DNA of 63,866 nt, counting the filler, from Pseudovirgaria hyperparasitica (lineage: Eukaryota), in assembly GCA_010093815.1 (NCBI GenBank). It is 5 parts of 5 records of this genome, joined end to end, with 100 filler letters (N's around TTAATTAATTAA, not from the genome) between each part and the next. Parts side by side here need not be neighbours in the genome. Positions count along the whole stretch, not along the records: positions 1 to 13,965 come from ML996618.1; positions 14,066 to 31,927 come from ML996619.1; 3 more parts are not named here. One strand, given 5' to 3'. The position numbers and the translations under genes are program-made. Numbering within the stretch: the stretch's first letter is position 1; every line of letters begins with the position of its first letter. The notes below the pieces were generated by a model that worked only from the letters and a program-made list of their open reading frames with translations, was not told the DNA's origin and ran no database searches. Shown here piece by piece: positions 13,646 through 26,452 of this stretch.

Positions 13646-14329
13646 CGTCAATTTGTATATTATAGATATAGGGGTATATATAGTACGATGGTAATAGATA
13701 AAACTATTGTTGATACTACGGTTCGTGTGCGCGCGCGACATGCGTGCATCAACTGCCAAGCTTTCTCATGTGACTATGGACAAACATATGGAGTCAAAAT
13801 GCCGGCCGAGAGCGTGTCTGTCTCGGTCTTGGCTGGCGTTACCGAAACCTTGCTTTGCTTCCAGAGTTTGATTTCCTGGAACCGGTGCTATCACGAATAT
13901 AGGTTAAATACTACGTGGGCTTATTGTGCGACGCTGGCATCCTATCCGTATATCCATAGTTACATNNNNNNNNNNNNNNNNNNNNNNNNNNNNNNNNNNN
14001 NNNNNNNNNTTAATTAATTAANNNNNNNNNNNNNNNNNNNNNNNNNNNNNNNNNNNNNNNNNNNNACACTGTGAACTAATCTATGAAGATGATGCTCAGT
14101 ACCGTCAGACACACATCTGTTGTTTTCGTAGAACCTGACCCTCTTGACCCTCGTTTACGAGTTTAGTCTCCTCATTATCTGATAGTAACTCTGTTGGGCC
14201 ACGCGGCATATTCGCGGGACACTTGGGTGCCGTGCTCATTGCACGCGACGGCAGGAACACGAGTAGTGTTACTAGAACATCTATAATAGGACATCGCCTG
14301 ATAGCTTCCGGCTCCTGGATTCAAGAACA

Positions 14330-15304
14330 CTAACTAACAACCCAGTCAAGATGCTCTTCTTCAACCCGCTAAGCTATGAAGATCTTAGCAACATTATCCT
14401 CAGAGAGTAGGGCAGTCCCGGTGACCGCAATCGTCACTATAGCTGGAGCAGCCGCATAACGTGTCGTGACGCCATCGTCTGCCGGGCTGTACAGAGGCGA
14501 TGTGCCCTGGTGCACCAAGCTGGCAAGTGACGGAGAGGGAGAGGGAGATGAAGCAGAGAAATGCTGCGGCGTAGCGTTCGGTCCGTCATCCGGTGAAGGT
14601 GCTCGGTAGCCGGGGATGGCCGGATCACCGCCGTCGGATGTGGTGCCGGAGCACAAAACAAAATGGATGTCAGCATCGATCGATCCGGCTGCGCATTGGC
14701 GTACAGGCTGATACGGGTTCTCTGTGCCTTTGGCTGGCTCAGGTTCAAAGTATGCATCCCATGGACAGAACTTGCCCTTGGAGCATTGCATCGCACCACA
14801 TTCGCGACCATTAGTTCCGTAGACCTTGACGCCCTCGTCCCATCCAGGACACCCTTGACCAGTATGATTTTTGAAAAAGGTATCAACGAGGCCAGGAGTA
14901 CTTGTTGCACAATCCACGAAAGAGATGTCATAGCTTATAAACCAGTCTTTCCGATCGCCGACATCACGTATGCTATACTCCATTTGGGTTTGCTTGCCCG
15001 ATTTCGTCTGGGCTTCGAAGAGCTTTATACTTGTTCCACACTGACAGCCCCTCTCGGGAATGATGACAGGAAAAGATATTTCATGCCCGGCTTTGAGTGC
15101 AATTCCATTCTCAGGATTAGGATCGTCAAATGCAGTCGTATGGTATGCATAAAAGTCCTTAACACAGTAGTTCCTAACAAACACCTTACCTTGAGGAGCG
15201 TCGGACATTTCGTAGTGTGGGCCAACGCCGGAGTAGTATTCGGCCAATGTCTATTCAAAAAGAGCAATGAAAGCCATAAAGACAGCGAGAGCGAAGTCCA
15301 TCAT
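14330..15304 (-). pseudogene. Bys1/thaumatin-like gene copy 2 with premature TAG stops
   Basis: Near-identical to copy 1, but has TAG at 15251-15253 (CAG in copy 1) and a second TAG at 14369-14371. Confidence 0.8.
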
Positions 15305-15571
15305 CGCGACCAACTCTCCAGAAGTTATTACAGGGCAGAAAGGAGAAAGGCGCGGCAGAACGATATAAGAGTATAGAGTACATTTTTAGAACAGACCCCA
15401 AAACTTGTCTGCTCCTACTTCGGGACAACGGCATTTCTAAAGAAGTCCCTGTTTCGTAGTCGACTGGTTCTAGCCCAATTCTTGTATAGAACACGACCGT
15501 ATCTCAAGAAAGATCTGCTGTCCTGATATAAAAACAAGCTCCCACTCATTTTCAGTTGCGCAAGTCTGGAA

Positions 15572-18500
15572 ATGCCGCCCTGCAAGCACTCCAGCTGGCT
15601 CGGCGCCAAGCGTGTCCAAGGGGAGCCAACCCTGATAGAGACAGACAGGCTGAGCGCCTTGCTTAGTCTCCTACACAACCTAGATACTCAGTATCCGATT
15701 TTCTTAGTCACCATCGGTGATTCAGAGAAGGGGGCGGCGCTGCGAACGCTGTTTGGCTTCAAAGCCTCGTCCAAGGGCAGACGCAGCATCGACAGTATTC
15801 ATCTATACTTGGATTCATCAACCACGTTTACCGAACGGCCCTGGATTGTGGCAGAGGGAAGATCTCTCCAACTGATCCCGCACACAACCCACACAGAGGC
15901 GGCAGGCTGTCCATGCCATCGCACAAACGTGCGGTCACTCCGACCTTGTGACGACCACATCGCGACCGATGTCTACGCACGGCTGTTACGGCAGTTCACA
16001 AATGTTATCTGTATCTTTGCATCCGATCTCGGTGGACTGACCAAGACAGCTCGAGAGGTGGTGCGATGGATGGAGCGTTGCCAACCAGCAGCACATCCAG
16101 ACGGTCCTTGGCCAGCCCCTCGTGGTGGTGACGGAACGGCCCAATGCTAAAAATGCCAAGCGTGATTCCCTTAGCCTTGTCCGCCAGCAAACATCCGTCG
16201 ACATCCACAAGTGTATATCCAACCTCGAATTCGTCGCGCTTCTACCACGTGGTACAATCTCACCTCAAGCTCGCTTCCGGCGCCTGAAGGAGCTCCTGCA
16301 GGAGCAGTCGCGTGCAACTGCTCTTCAGCGTGCCGATCGCGGATGCCTATACTCGGCGAGACACTTCTCCACTCTCCTGAACTCTGCCATCGCCCACTTT
16401 ACTGAATCGTCCGCAGAGCCGCTCGATTGCGTTATCGCGTCGCGGGCTACTCGTCCGGTACCCAGTGACCTTGGCCAACACTTGGCTAACGTGTTTGCTC
16501 TACTCACATCCACATCACAGTTAGCCGAGTTCGCTGTGCCAATGCTAGCATCATGTCTCTTCCTCGACAGCTACCCACCGGACTCGCATTGTAAGTAATG
16601 GATCTCTTAGTCTCATACCCAGTCTAACAATAAGCAAGGTTTTGAACCGAGTGAGGTCTTCTCGCAGCTCTATGCTCGAGCTTTCGATGGAGTTTGCCCG
16701 GACAGTCGCGTAATTGCCTTTTCCAATTCCGCTGACGTGCTACTACGCACTGTCCTCCTTCAGATGCTACAGGAGCATTTTCAACGATACTTCGCGGAGC
16801 ACAGCCGGCCAGACGGATTGTCCGCAGTTGCGATTCATCAGAGAAACCTAAAGCGATTCTGCGGTCAGTGGGGGGCCCTACGAAGCGAACGTACCTGCCT
16901 CGGCTGTACACTACGCACTCCGCAGTATGCACTCGAGTGCAGCCATATGTTGTGCGAAAACTGCGTCGTTATCCACGGCGAACAAGAGCAGCACCATCCA
17001 TATCTATATCGTGTTTGCGTGTGTCCTCTTTGCCACATGGGAATGCAGCGGGAGATCCGAGTTCGTGTGCATCCACCGACGGCAGGCGTTAGTATCCTTT
17101 GCATTGACGGCGGAGGCACGAGAGGCATCGTACCGTTGACGATCATGCAACGCATCCAGGACTGTATCGGCCTCCCAATCCCTTTCCAGCAATATTTCAA
17201 GCTCGCGTTCGGTGTGAGCTCCGGTACGTAGAGGCGAAGAAGTGGAATGGCTGCGCTGACCACGGTAGGAGGGCTAATCGTCATGAACATGTTTTTCAAC
17301 GGCTCAACTATTGAGGAGTCCACTCAGCTGTTTAAGCAGATGGCGGTTGCCATCTTCAACCCGCGTAAAAGCTGGGGTCTGCCGGTACTTTCGCGTTTTT
17401 GGCGGTCCGTCATGACAATCTTCGCCGATGGGCTGTATCCGGTAAAAGACATTGAGAGTGTGCTGAAGAAGGTCTTTCATCCAGGGCAAAGTATCCTAGG
17501 CGCATCCTTTGCGACAGCTGCAGGGACCAGGATAGGTCTGCCAGTGGCAACAGTGCACACACATCCAGCGTGTCGTATCTTCACGAACTACAACGGGGTT
17601 GGTGCGAGGCTTGCGAGTCCAACAGGTACGTTCAGCTCCTAGCTTTGCCCCATCGGACCTAACTGCGCTGTGGTAGGTGAGCCCACGATTCGGGCGGAAG
17701 ATGGATTTGGGAAGGTGCCGCAATGGGAAGTGTTCGTTAACCTCCCTTCTGTTTTTAGAACTCCCTACTAACCTTACTAAGCGCTCGTGCCATCTCTGCC
17801 GCCCCAGGGTCAGATCATAATTTCCTACCCCATAGAAAGCACGACTTTGTACATTAACTAATGCCAGTCTAGATTCTTCCCAGCTGCCCACATCGACCAG
17901 GTCGGGACATTCCAAGATGCCGGGCCGCTCGAGAACAACCCCCTTAGCCAGGCGCTGTCGGAGATGCGCGCGCTGTTTCCGTACGTCGCGGAGCCAGACA
18001 TGGTCTTGTCACTAGGTACGGGCGAGCCAGCACCAGCAGCATACGAGGCCGACAAGCAGGACCGCCGTAGCCTGCGCAAGTCTGGCATGTTCACGAGGGC
18101 TCGCGATCTCCTTCTGGAGAAGATGCGTGACGGAACTGTGAGACGTGTATTGAACGGCATCCGCTCCGCGACCCAGACTGCGCAACGCATCCATCGCCTT
18201 AATATTCATTTCGAAGGGTCGGAGCCGCGGCTTGACGATACCGCTATGATACCTTCGCTCGCGTCCCTGGCTGCAGGTGATGTGAGAATCTCGGGCGGCG
18301 TTGAGGCTGTGGCCCACGCCGCAGTCGCGTCACTCTTCTATTTTGAGCTAGACAGAATGCCGCAAGGACCAGGGGAATCTCTAGAGGTCGCCGGCAGCAT
18401 ACGCTGCGTCTTGGGCCCGGCCGACGATGGTTTTGATGCGCTGATAAGGCGGCTCGCAGAGGGCAAGGCATGCTTTATGGTGGATGTGCGGCCTCTTCCC

Positions 18501-18761
18501 GGTGTGGTTGGCGACCGATCCTTCGCCGACGCTGGTGGAAGATTCTGCAAAAGAATCGAATTCGTGTCGCGTGGAAAGTTCACATTGTGGCTCAAGTTGG
18601 ATGATGCGACAACTCACATCAGTGGCTCGCCCTTTTCGATTGACCGACTCATCAAAGCCCAAGGCCTGGACGCGCAATTTGGACGCGCTGATCACCAAAA
18701 GAGGAAAGCATCATTTGACCATAATGATGTTGGGCGACGCAAGAAGCAGAGAAGTAGTTAG
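15572..18761 (+). pseudogene. Patatin-like phospholipase copy 2 with a +1 frameshift in exon 1
   Basis: CCCC at 16116-16119 versus CCC in copy 1 splits exon 1 into two ORFs. Otherwise colinear, with the same introns. A homopolymer sequencing error is possible. Confidence 0.75.
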
Positions 18762-19024
18762 CGTCAATCTGTAGATTATAGTTATAGGGGTATATATTGT
18801 GCGCGCGACGTGCATCAACTGCAAAGCTTTCTCATGTAACTATGGACAAACGGATGGAGTCAAAATGCCGGCCGAGAGCGTGTCTGTCTTGCTCTTGGCT
18901 GGCGTTATCGAAACCTTGCCTTGCTTCCATAGCCCGCCTAACCATGTTTCCTATGAGCGCCCTGTCATCGAGAATGAGGTGCAAGTTCTATCTCGGACTT
19001 TGAAACACGGTGTANNNNNNNNNN

Positions 19025-21384
19025 CTGAATCGTCCGCAGAGCCGCTCGATTGCGTTATCGCGTCGCGGGCTACTCGTCCGGTACCCAGTGACCTTGGCCA
19101 ACACTTGGCTAACGTGTTTGCTCTACTCACATCCACATCACAGTTAGCCGAGTTCGCTGTGCCAATGCTAGCATCATGTCTCTTTCTCGACAGCTACCCA
19201 CCGGACTCGCATTGTAAGTAATGGATCTCTTTGTCTCATACCGAGTCTAACAACAAGCAAGGTTTTGAACCGAGTGAGGTTTTCTCGAAGCTCTATGCTC
19301 GAGCTTTCGATGGAGTTTGCCCGGACAGTCGCGTAATTGCCTTTTCCGATTCCGCTGACGTGCTACTACGCACTGGCCTCCTTCAGATGCTACAACAGCA
19401 TTTTCAACGATACTTCGCGGAGCACACTCAGCCAGACGGATTGTCCGCAGTTGCGATTCATCAGAGAAACCTAAAGCGATTCTGCGGTCGGTGGGGGGCC
19501 CTACGAAGCGAACGTACCTGCCTCAGCTGTACACTACGCACTCCGCAGTATGCACTCGAGTGCAGCCATATGTTGTGCGAAAACTGCGTCGTTATACACG
19601 GCGAACAAGAGCAGCACCATCCATATCTATATCGTGTTTGTGTGTGTCCTCTTTGCCACATGGGAATGCAGCGGGAGATCCGAGTTCGTGTGCATCCACC
19701 GACGGCAGGCGTTAGTATCCTTTGCATTGACGGCGGAGGCACGAGAGGCATCGTACCGTTGACGATCATGCAACGCATCCAGGACTGTATCGACCTCCCA
19801 ATCCCTTTCCAGCAATATTTCAAGCTCGCGTTCGGTGTGAGCTCCGGTACGTAGAGGCGAAGAAGTGGAATGGCTGCACTGACCACGGTAGGAGGGCTAA
19901 TCATCATGAACATGTTTTTCAACGGCTCAACTATTGAGGAGTCCACTCAGCTGTTTAAGCAGATGGCGGTTGCCATCTTCAACCCGCGTAAAAGCTGGGG
20001 TCTGCCGGTACTTTCGCGTTTCTGGCGGTCCGTCATGACAATCTTCGCCGATGGGCTGTATCCGGTAAAAGACATCGAGAGTGTGCTGAAGAAGGTCTTT
20101 CATCCAGGGCAAAGTATCCTAGGCGCATCCTTTGCGACAGCTGCAGGGACCAGGATAGGTCTGCCAGTGGCAACAGTGCACACACATCCAGCGTGTCGTA
20201 TCTTCACGAACTACAACGGGGTTGGTGCGAGGCTTGCGAGTCCAACAGGTGCGTTCAGCTCCTTGCTTTGCCCCATCGGACCTAACTGCGCTGTGGTAGG
20301 TGAGCCCACCATTCGGGCGGAAGATGGATTTGGGAAGGTGCCGCAATGGGAAGTGTTCGTTAACCTCCCTCCTGTTTTTAGAACTCCCTACTAACCTTAC
20401 TAAGCGCTCGTGCCATCTCTGCCGCCCCAGGGTCAGATCATGATTTCCTACCTCATAGAAAGCACGACTTTGTACATGAACTAATGCCAGTCTAGATTCT
20501 TCCCAGCTGCCCACATCGACCAAGTCGGGACGTTCCAAGATGCCGGGCCGCTCGAGAACAACCCCATTAGCCAGGCGCTGTCGGAGATGCGCGCGCTGTT
20601 TCCGTACGTCGCGGAGCCAGACATGGTCTTGTCACTAGGTACGGGCGAGCCAGCACCAGCAGCATACGAGGCCGACAAGCAGGACCGCCGTAGCCTGCGC
20701 AAGTCTGGCATGTTCACGAGGGCTCGCGATCTCCTTCTGGAGAAGATGCGTGACGGAACTGTGAGACGTGTATTGAACGGCATCCGCTCCGCGACCCAGA
20801 CTGCGCAACGCATCCATCGCCTTAATGTTCATTTCGAAGGGTCGGAGCCGCGGCTTGACGATACCGCTATGATACCTTCGCTCGCGTCCCTGGCTGCAGG
20901 TGATGTGAGAATCTCGGGCGGCGTTGAGGCTGTGGCCCGCGCCGCAGTCGCGTCGCTCTTCTATTTTGAGCTAGACAGAATGCCGCAAGGACCAGGGGAA
21001 TCTCTAGAGGTCGCCGGCAGCATACGCTGCGTCTTGGGCCCGGCCGACGATGGTTTTGATGCGCTGATAAGGCGGCTCGCAGAGGGCAAGGCATGCTTTA
21101 TGGTGGATGTGCGGCCTCTTCCCGGTGTGGTTGGCGACCGATCCTTCGCCGACGCTAGTGGAAGATTCTGCAAAAGAATCGAATTCGTGTCGCGTGGACA
21201 GTTCACATTGTGGCTCAAGTTGGATGATGCGACAACTCACATCAGTGGCTCGCCCTTTTCGATTGACCGACTCATCAAAGCCCAAGGCCTGGACGCGCAA
21301 TTTGGACGCGCTGATCACCAAAAGAGGAAAGCATCATTTGACCATAATAATGTTGGGCGACGCAAGAAGCAGAGAATTAGTTAG
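19025..21384 (+). CDS. Patatin-like phospholipase copy 3 (5' end lost in a gap)
   Basis: Almost identical to 11286-13645; H-to-R change near 20939. Begins at an N gap. Confidence 0.8.
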
Positions 21385-21394
21385 CGTCAATTTG

Positions 21395-21820
21395 TATATT
21401 ATAGATATAGGGGTATATATAGTACGATGGTAATAGATAAAACTATTGTTGATACTACGGTTCGTGTGCGCGCGCGACATGCGTGCATCAACTGCCAAGC
21501 TTTCTCATGTGACTATGGACAAACATATGGAGTCAAAATGCCGGCCGAGAGCGTGTCTGTCTCGGTCTTAGCTGGCGTTACCGAAACCTTGCTTTGCTTC
21601 CAGAGTTTGATTTCCTGGAACCGGTGCTATCACGAATATAGGTTAAATACTACGTGGGCTTATTGTGCGACGCTGGCATCCTATCCGTATATCCATAGTT
21701 ACATCCATGGGAAAGCTTGGCGCCCGATGTTCGCCCATGTCACCAACACACACGATTTAGTATAATTAACATTTTTATCTATTACCGCCGTATAATACCT
21801 ATATAGCTATAAAAATTACT
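21395..21820. mobile_element. MITE-like element with long imperfect terminal inverted repeats
   Basis: Left arm GGTAATAGATAAAA...GCCAAGCTTTCTCATGTGACTATGGA mirrors right arm TCCATAGTTACAT...GAAAGCTTGGC...TTTTATCTATTACC. Related arms at 13655-13965, 18775-18850 and 46145-46240. Confidence 0.55.
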
Positions 21821-23699
21821 ATATATTAGTTCTATATAATCCTACGAGCCCGCGCTGGAAAGACCAGAGCTCAAGCAAGATGTTGCTTTCGGAGAGGTTG
21901 CCATGGCAGAAGCCAGCGTTGTGCAATTTGCAAATCAATTCTTGCAATTCCTTCCACTCCTCTCAAGTCGTGCGGTGCAAGCGACGTCAGACTTCCCATT
22001 CTGTAGCCAACAATTGTTTGCTTGTCCATTATTGCTTCACCTGTCGTAACAACTGGTAGGTGTTACTCTCGAATTTGGGGCAAAAGGTTGATTTCGTGAC
22101 GGATCAGGGCTCTGGGCAGCTCCGTCGGTTGAGCAAACTTCAGAACGGTATTTGGGCTTGTAAATTCTTGTCGAACACATGCATTCGAGCAAAATCTGAT
22201 AAGACGATAGTCTTTCCATAGCCTAGAAAGTGACAGGAAGTGAGGAATGATTGAGGCCAAAGGTTTCCATGCCCGTGAAAAGTCTTCAACAATATCTGGG
22301 AATTCAATATAACAAGTGTAGGTTCCACGCGTGGCAGTAATCAACGGCGGTGAAATCGGATGAGCTGTGGCGAATGGCGTACAACTCGACGATGTAGTCG
22401 GCAGGTTTTGTTGCATGATGGGTTCGGCGCGATCCACGGACATGGCCGGTAGTACCCTCACGCTCAGCTCTCTCATAGGAAAAGCGCAGCGCCGAGGTGA
22501 ACCAGGCTTCCACTGATTGCTCCGAGCAGCCCCTTGATGTTGAATCGGGACATGGGTTGTCAACTGTAGCTAGGTGATACTGTCACCTACCGTTTCAGAA
22601 TGGACTCCTCCTATGTGATAGTACGACTCTAAAGCGCATCCTTGCAAAACAAAATTATTGGCAAAGCCACGCAATGCCTCTCACTGCAATTTGCAAGTCG
22701 AAAGTTGAGATGCATAGAAGGGTCGATTTAGGTTGTAATTGTCCGCTCCTTTGGAAGTGATGGTGGCAGTCCATTTTTATACACACGTTGCTAGCATCTG
22801 GTCCATTTTCCAAGAACTCCGTCATGGGTGTGCTTCATGTACAATCACGTACAGAACCAACATATACAAATGCGTAAGTGGACTACGATTGACACAAGGC
22901 TGTAGAGAAGCTTATGGAAACTCTTGTCCAGCATTAGCGCTAACGACGCTGCGCTCATTAAGCTCATCAACAAACTTCAAAACTTCATAAACATAGATGA
23001 TGCATGCGCCTCCGGCCCTCGTGTGTCATCCGGGTCGACGACAGAAAATCTTGTACGTAGCATTACTACTGTCGCGTTCCACAGCTTTGCACGGGTCGGT
23101 TATCGCATTGCCCTGAGAATCAACAATCGAAAGCTTTTTCCCCTGCGATAATGCCGTGTTGATGCTTCTCAGAGCCTGTTCTGCTTGTACTCTTCGTGTG
23201 TCGTTTTCCATCGCATGAGCATAAGCATGCAAGTTAGCAATGACTAGAAGTTCTCAGCACTACGATCTATCTGATGAAGGGTACAGTACCGTCTTCTGGG
23301 ATGAGCACGCGCCAGTCTCTATTACTTAGTAGCAGGACAAAGACATCGGTTTGGGAAAGGAGCATGCCTGTCTCGCAAAAAATGACCTGCTTGATATGAG
23401 TTAGATCCAGGTGACGAGCTCTATTCATGGCGAACGTACTGTATAATTACGAACGATGACCTTCTTGATAGTCCACTCGAGTAGTGGATCATAAATATCC
23501 GTGAGAGTAGTGGTCGATACATCTCCAGTCATAACTAGGTCAGCTGAAACATTCGGAGGCCGATCGATTCTTCGTTTCTACTTTTGGGGGACAGCTCCAT
23601 TAGCAGCCCATGTGTGCTTATTGTGGTCAAAATGAAGCGCACCGTCCTCCTAGGAATGCTTAGTAGATACTTTGCAAATGGATAGCGTACACTTTACAT

Positions 23700-23990
23700 T
23701 AATTCTTTACACCGCCAACGTGTCAAAGGCCGTGAGATTGTGGTGACAGAAGAGGCCCGCTTGCATCTTGTATGGATACACAATCGCATATTCATCAAAC
23801 CTATTCCCCGATACCTTCTTTCGCACGACTTCTGGGACGCTTATCTAGATCAAAAGGCAGAATCGCTTGATTGTGATGGAAGCGACCTTCGCGCGGCTGC
23901 AGCTGGCTTCTTACGGACGTACTCCCACCTTAATCAGGTACGAATCAGACTTTCACCTTGCGCAGCAGGACAGCTGCCGCCTTATAACGA
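23700..23990 (+). pseudogene. DUF6601-like fragment, frameshifted
   Basis: LHRQRVKGREIVVTEEARLHLVWIHNRIFIKPIPRYLLSHDFW...AAGFLRTYSHL, then a frame change to IRYESDFHLAQ; matches the family pattern as I recall it. Confidence 0.65.
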
Positions 23991-24479
23991 AAAGCTCGCC
24001 GCTTCACACTATAGCTAATCGTGGTATCCAGCATCCAGCGCATCGCTCCTGTGACGCCGAAAACCAAGATCTCACCGATGCAAATGTGTTTCCTGCTGCT
24101 TACAGGCGTGCCAACGAGAAGGTACCAGTAAAGCTAGCCAATCGACGAGTTTCGTGGCTCTCAACATGCCTTTCAAAACGCCTTTGGTAGTTCTCCTCTT
24201 TGTCACCTTCGTGAAGCTCATCATCGGGAGAAATCAGAAATGACGCAGCCTCCCAATCACGGTCTTTGTTAGGAGCATGGACTGGGTCGGTATCATTTAC
24301 GATAGTAAAACACAGACGCGATTCCATCGTGCATCGATACTTACTAATCACAGTAACTGTGGGTCCGGTGTACGGTGCATTATTTGGAGTCATTGACTTT
24401 TTATTAGACGCGTATTGGCGACGGAGATTTAGATAGCTTGCTAGAATGTAGATTGGCGGATTTCAGGTACTCATCGATT

Positions 24480-25241
24480 TCAGTAGTGAGTAGCTGATCC
24501 AGGACCGGCCTCTGTACATTGCCGCAAATTCTTCAAACAGTCTGCCAGATCTGTGGCCTCTAAGTTTCGAAGAGTGGCACTTCTTTGAATCAGCTCAAGG
24601 ACCATGGTCATTTCTTCTGAGCACACGATGGTAGGACTGGATTTCAGATTTGAGGGAGGAGCAGACCACGCATTTGTTCGAAGTCTCTTAAGAGTGTTGT
24701 ACGCCGTTGTAGTGAGGTCTGTAATGAAAGGACACACTTTCATTACAAAGGAGACAGCGAATTCTTCTAGCTCCTTGGATCCAGGGTAGAGACCCAAAGG
24801 TATGTACCTGAACCACTCCTCCAGTATTTGAGCTTTATCGAACTCCTTAAATTCACTTGATTGTACACCGGGGCTCAGTATCGTGAGGAGCAAGTCAAAA
24901 AGGAGTTGGTGCGGCTCATCAGGAATGCGGCGATCAGACATATATCCTGGCAAGATAAACCAGATTTTGGTGTCTCTGACTTTAGGTGGTAACCAGATGC
25001 GAGTACATCCCTCGAGATACGCACGAGATACGACGTCCTGAGATGAGAGAAGTCGATTTGTAATGCTGATCGGGGAGTTCGGTGGGGCTACCGGTCCCTG
25101 AGGTTGGGATGAATGGCCCAGTTGAGACTCCTCCGCGCATGCATCTTCCATCGACCTTACGCCAATGTTGCATCCATCGTATTGTTGGTTGGAGGTCTCC
25201 GATATGGAAAGTAGAGTGGTCTCTGCCGAAAGGCTTTGCAT
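24480..25241 (-). CDS. Hypothetical protein
   Basis: ORF of about 250 aa with protein-like composition; no motif recognised. Confidence 0.45.
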   Translation of the reverse strand: MQSLSAETTLLSISETSNQQYDGCNIGVRSMEDACAEESQLGHSSQPQGPVAPPNSPISITNRLLSSQDVVSRAYLEGCTRIWLPPKVRDTKIWFILPGYMSDRRIPDEPHQLLFDLLLTILSPGVQSSEFKEFDKAQILEEWFRYIPLGLYPGSKELEEFAVSFVMKVCPFITDLTTTAYNTLKRLRTNAWSAPPSNLKSSPTIVCSEEMTMVLELIQRSATLRNLEATDLADCLKNLRQCTEAGPGSATHY

Positions 25242-25573
25242 CACTCCGGTACTGCCTTCTTTTCGATTATAGGGATGGCCATAACGCTGATATGCTTCGA
25301 ATAAACAAGGAGCTCCTTGCTCGACGTCTGCGCGAGACTCGCCCCATGATATATCGACACGAAGCCTCCAATTGGAAATGTTGTGTGCTAGGATGACGTA
25401 GGGTAGAAATGTCCAGAGTGCAGTGACGACTATATCAGCCTACTTCTGTTAGTCACAGAGTCTGAGACGGCCGACGTATGGAGCGGTGTAAGTGAAGATT
25501 CCACTTACGCAGCGAATGTATATGACCCATTCACGCCTGAATTGAAGCCATAGTTGGGCAATTCGACAGATGG

Positions 25574-26224
25574 CTATGGGGATGTAGATATACCGCGACC
25601 ACTGCAGTCGCCGCGCCTCGCAAACATCAATGGGGTCCAGTTGACGGGGATAGAATAAGGGCGTTGCGACGGCAGAGATCGCGCAGAAGATTGCGATGCC
25701 ATCTGCTGATGTAAAGAAAGCTGAAATCGTAACGGCAATCGCAGAGATCGCCTCAAGGAAGAAGACGTAATATGATTCCGATTTCGCGTCCCAGTGAAAG
25801 CCTCTAGTCGACCATCGTCGCTATAAATGTTAGCATGGCTCGGTGCGTAGCAAGCACCGGCGCATACCATGATGTATGAGATAAGATAGGATACAAGCTG
25901 GATACCTGAAGCAGACAATGACTCCCAGACTTGGGTGTGCGTGTTATTACAAGCAGGCCATGATTCACAGACCTGCATATTCATATTATCGTCTTTCAGG
26001 GCTCTCAAGCCTACAATAGAGAGGACCAACAGGCTGGTAGGTACACCAACAATAGTGAGCTCCCAACGCCAAGTAAAGGCGGACTCTGGCTCGAAAGCCA
26101 AGCTGGAATTTTGCGACACCCATCGCCGGTATTGAGGTGTCAATAGTCGCAGGAACCAGCTTAGCATGCATATGCATAGAGCCAATGCTGCGCAGGGTAA
26201 GAGAGGTGTCATATTGATAGCCAT
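25574..26224 (-). CDS. Hypothetical membrane protein
   Basis: ATG-initiated ORF with three hydrophobic segments; the 3' structure is uncertain. Confidence 0.4.
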   Translation of the reverse strand: MAINMTPLLPCAALALCICMLSWFLRLLTPQYRRWVSQNSSLAFEPESAFTWRWELTIVGVPTSLLVLSIVGLRALKDDNMNMQVCESWPACNNTHTQVWESLSASGIQLVSYLISYIMVCAGACYAPSHANIYSDDGRLEAFTGTRNRNHITSSSLRRSLRLPLRFQLSLHQQMASQSSARSLPSQRPYSIPVNWTPLMFARRGDCSGRGISTSP

Positions 26225-26452
26225 ATTGACTGTTAGAACACGGCCTTACAAGCCCCTCAACTTGGCAGGATAGGATCCGGATGCCCTGGGCTTTATAGCT
26301 ATGACGGGCTGTGCGAAATCTCTCGGAGATCTTGCTGCTCATACATTTGTTTCCCAAATTCATGGTGATGCGGACCTCAAATGGTATGTCATGTACGTCA
26401 CGCGGACTACTCGCGTACTGTTCGTGGAATGATCTGTATTGTACATAGCCTA

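Noticed and set aside
13966..14065. TTAATTAATTAA palindrome inside N runs (also ~31972, ~47017, ~62008)
   Set aside because: An identical 12-mer centred in 100-nt gaps, with stops in all frames, is an artificial contig-joining linker. Adjacency across these gaps is therefore unproven.
22924..22990. NDAALIKLINKLQ resembling a dynamin N-terminus
   Set aside because: Too short, and no GTPase motif follows.
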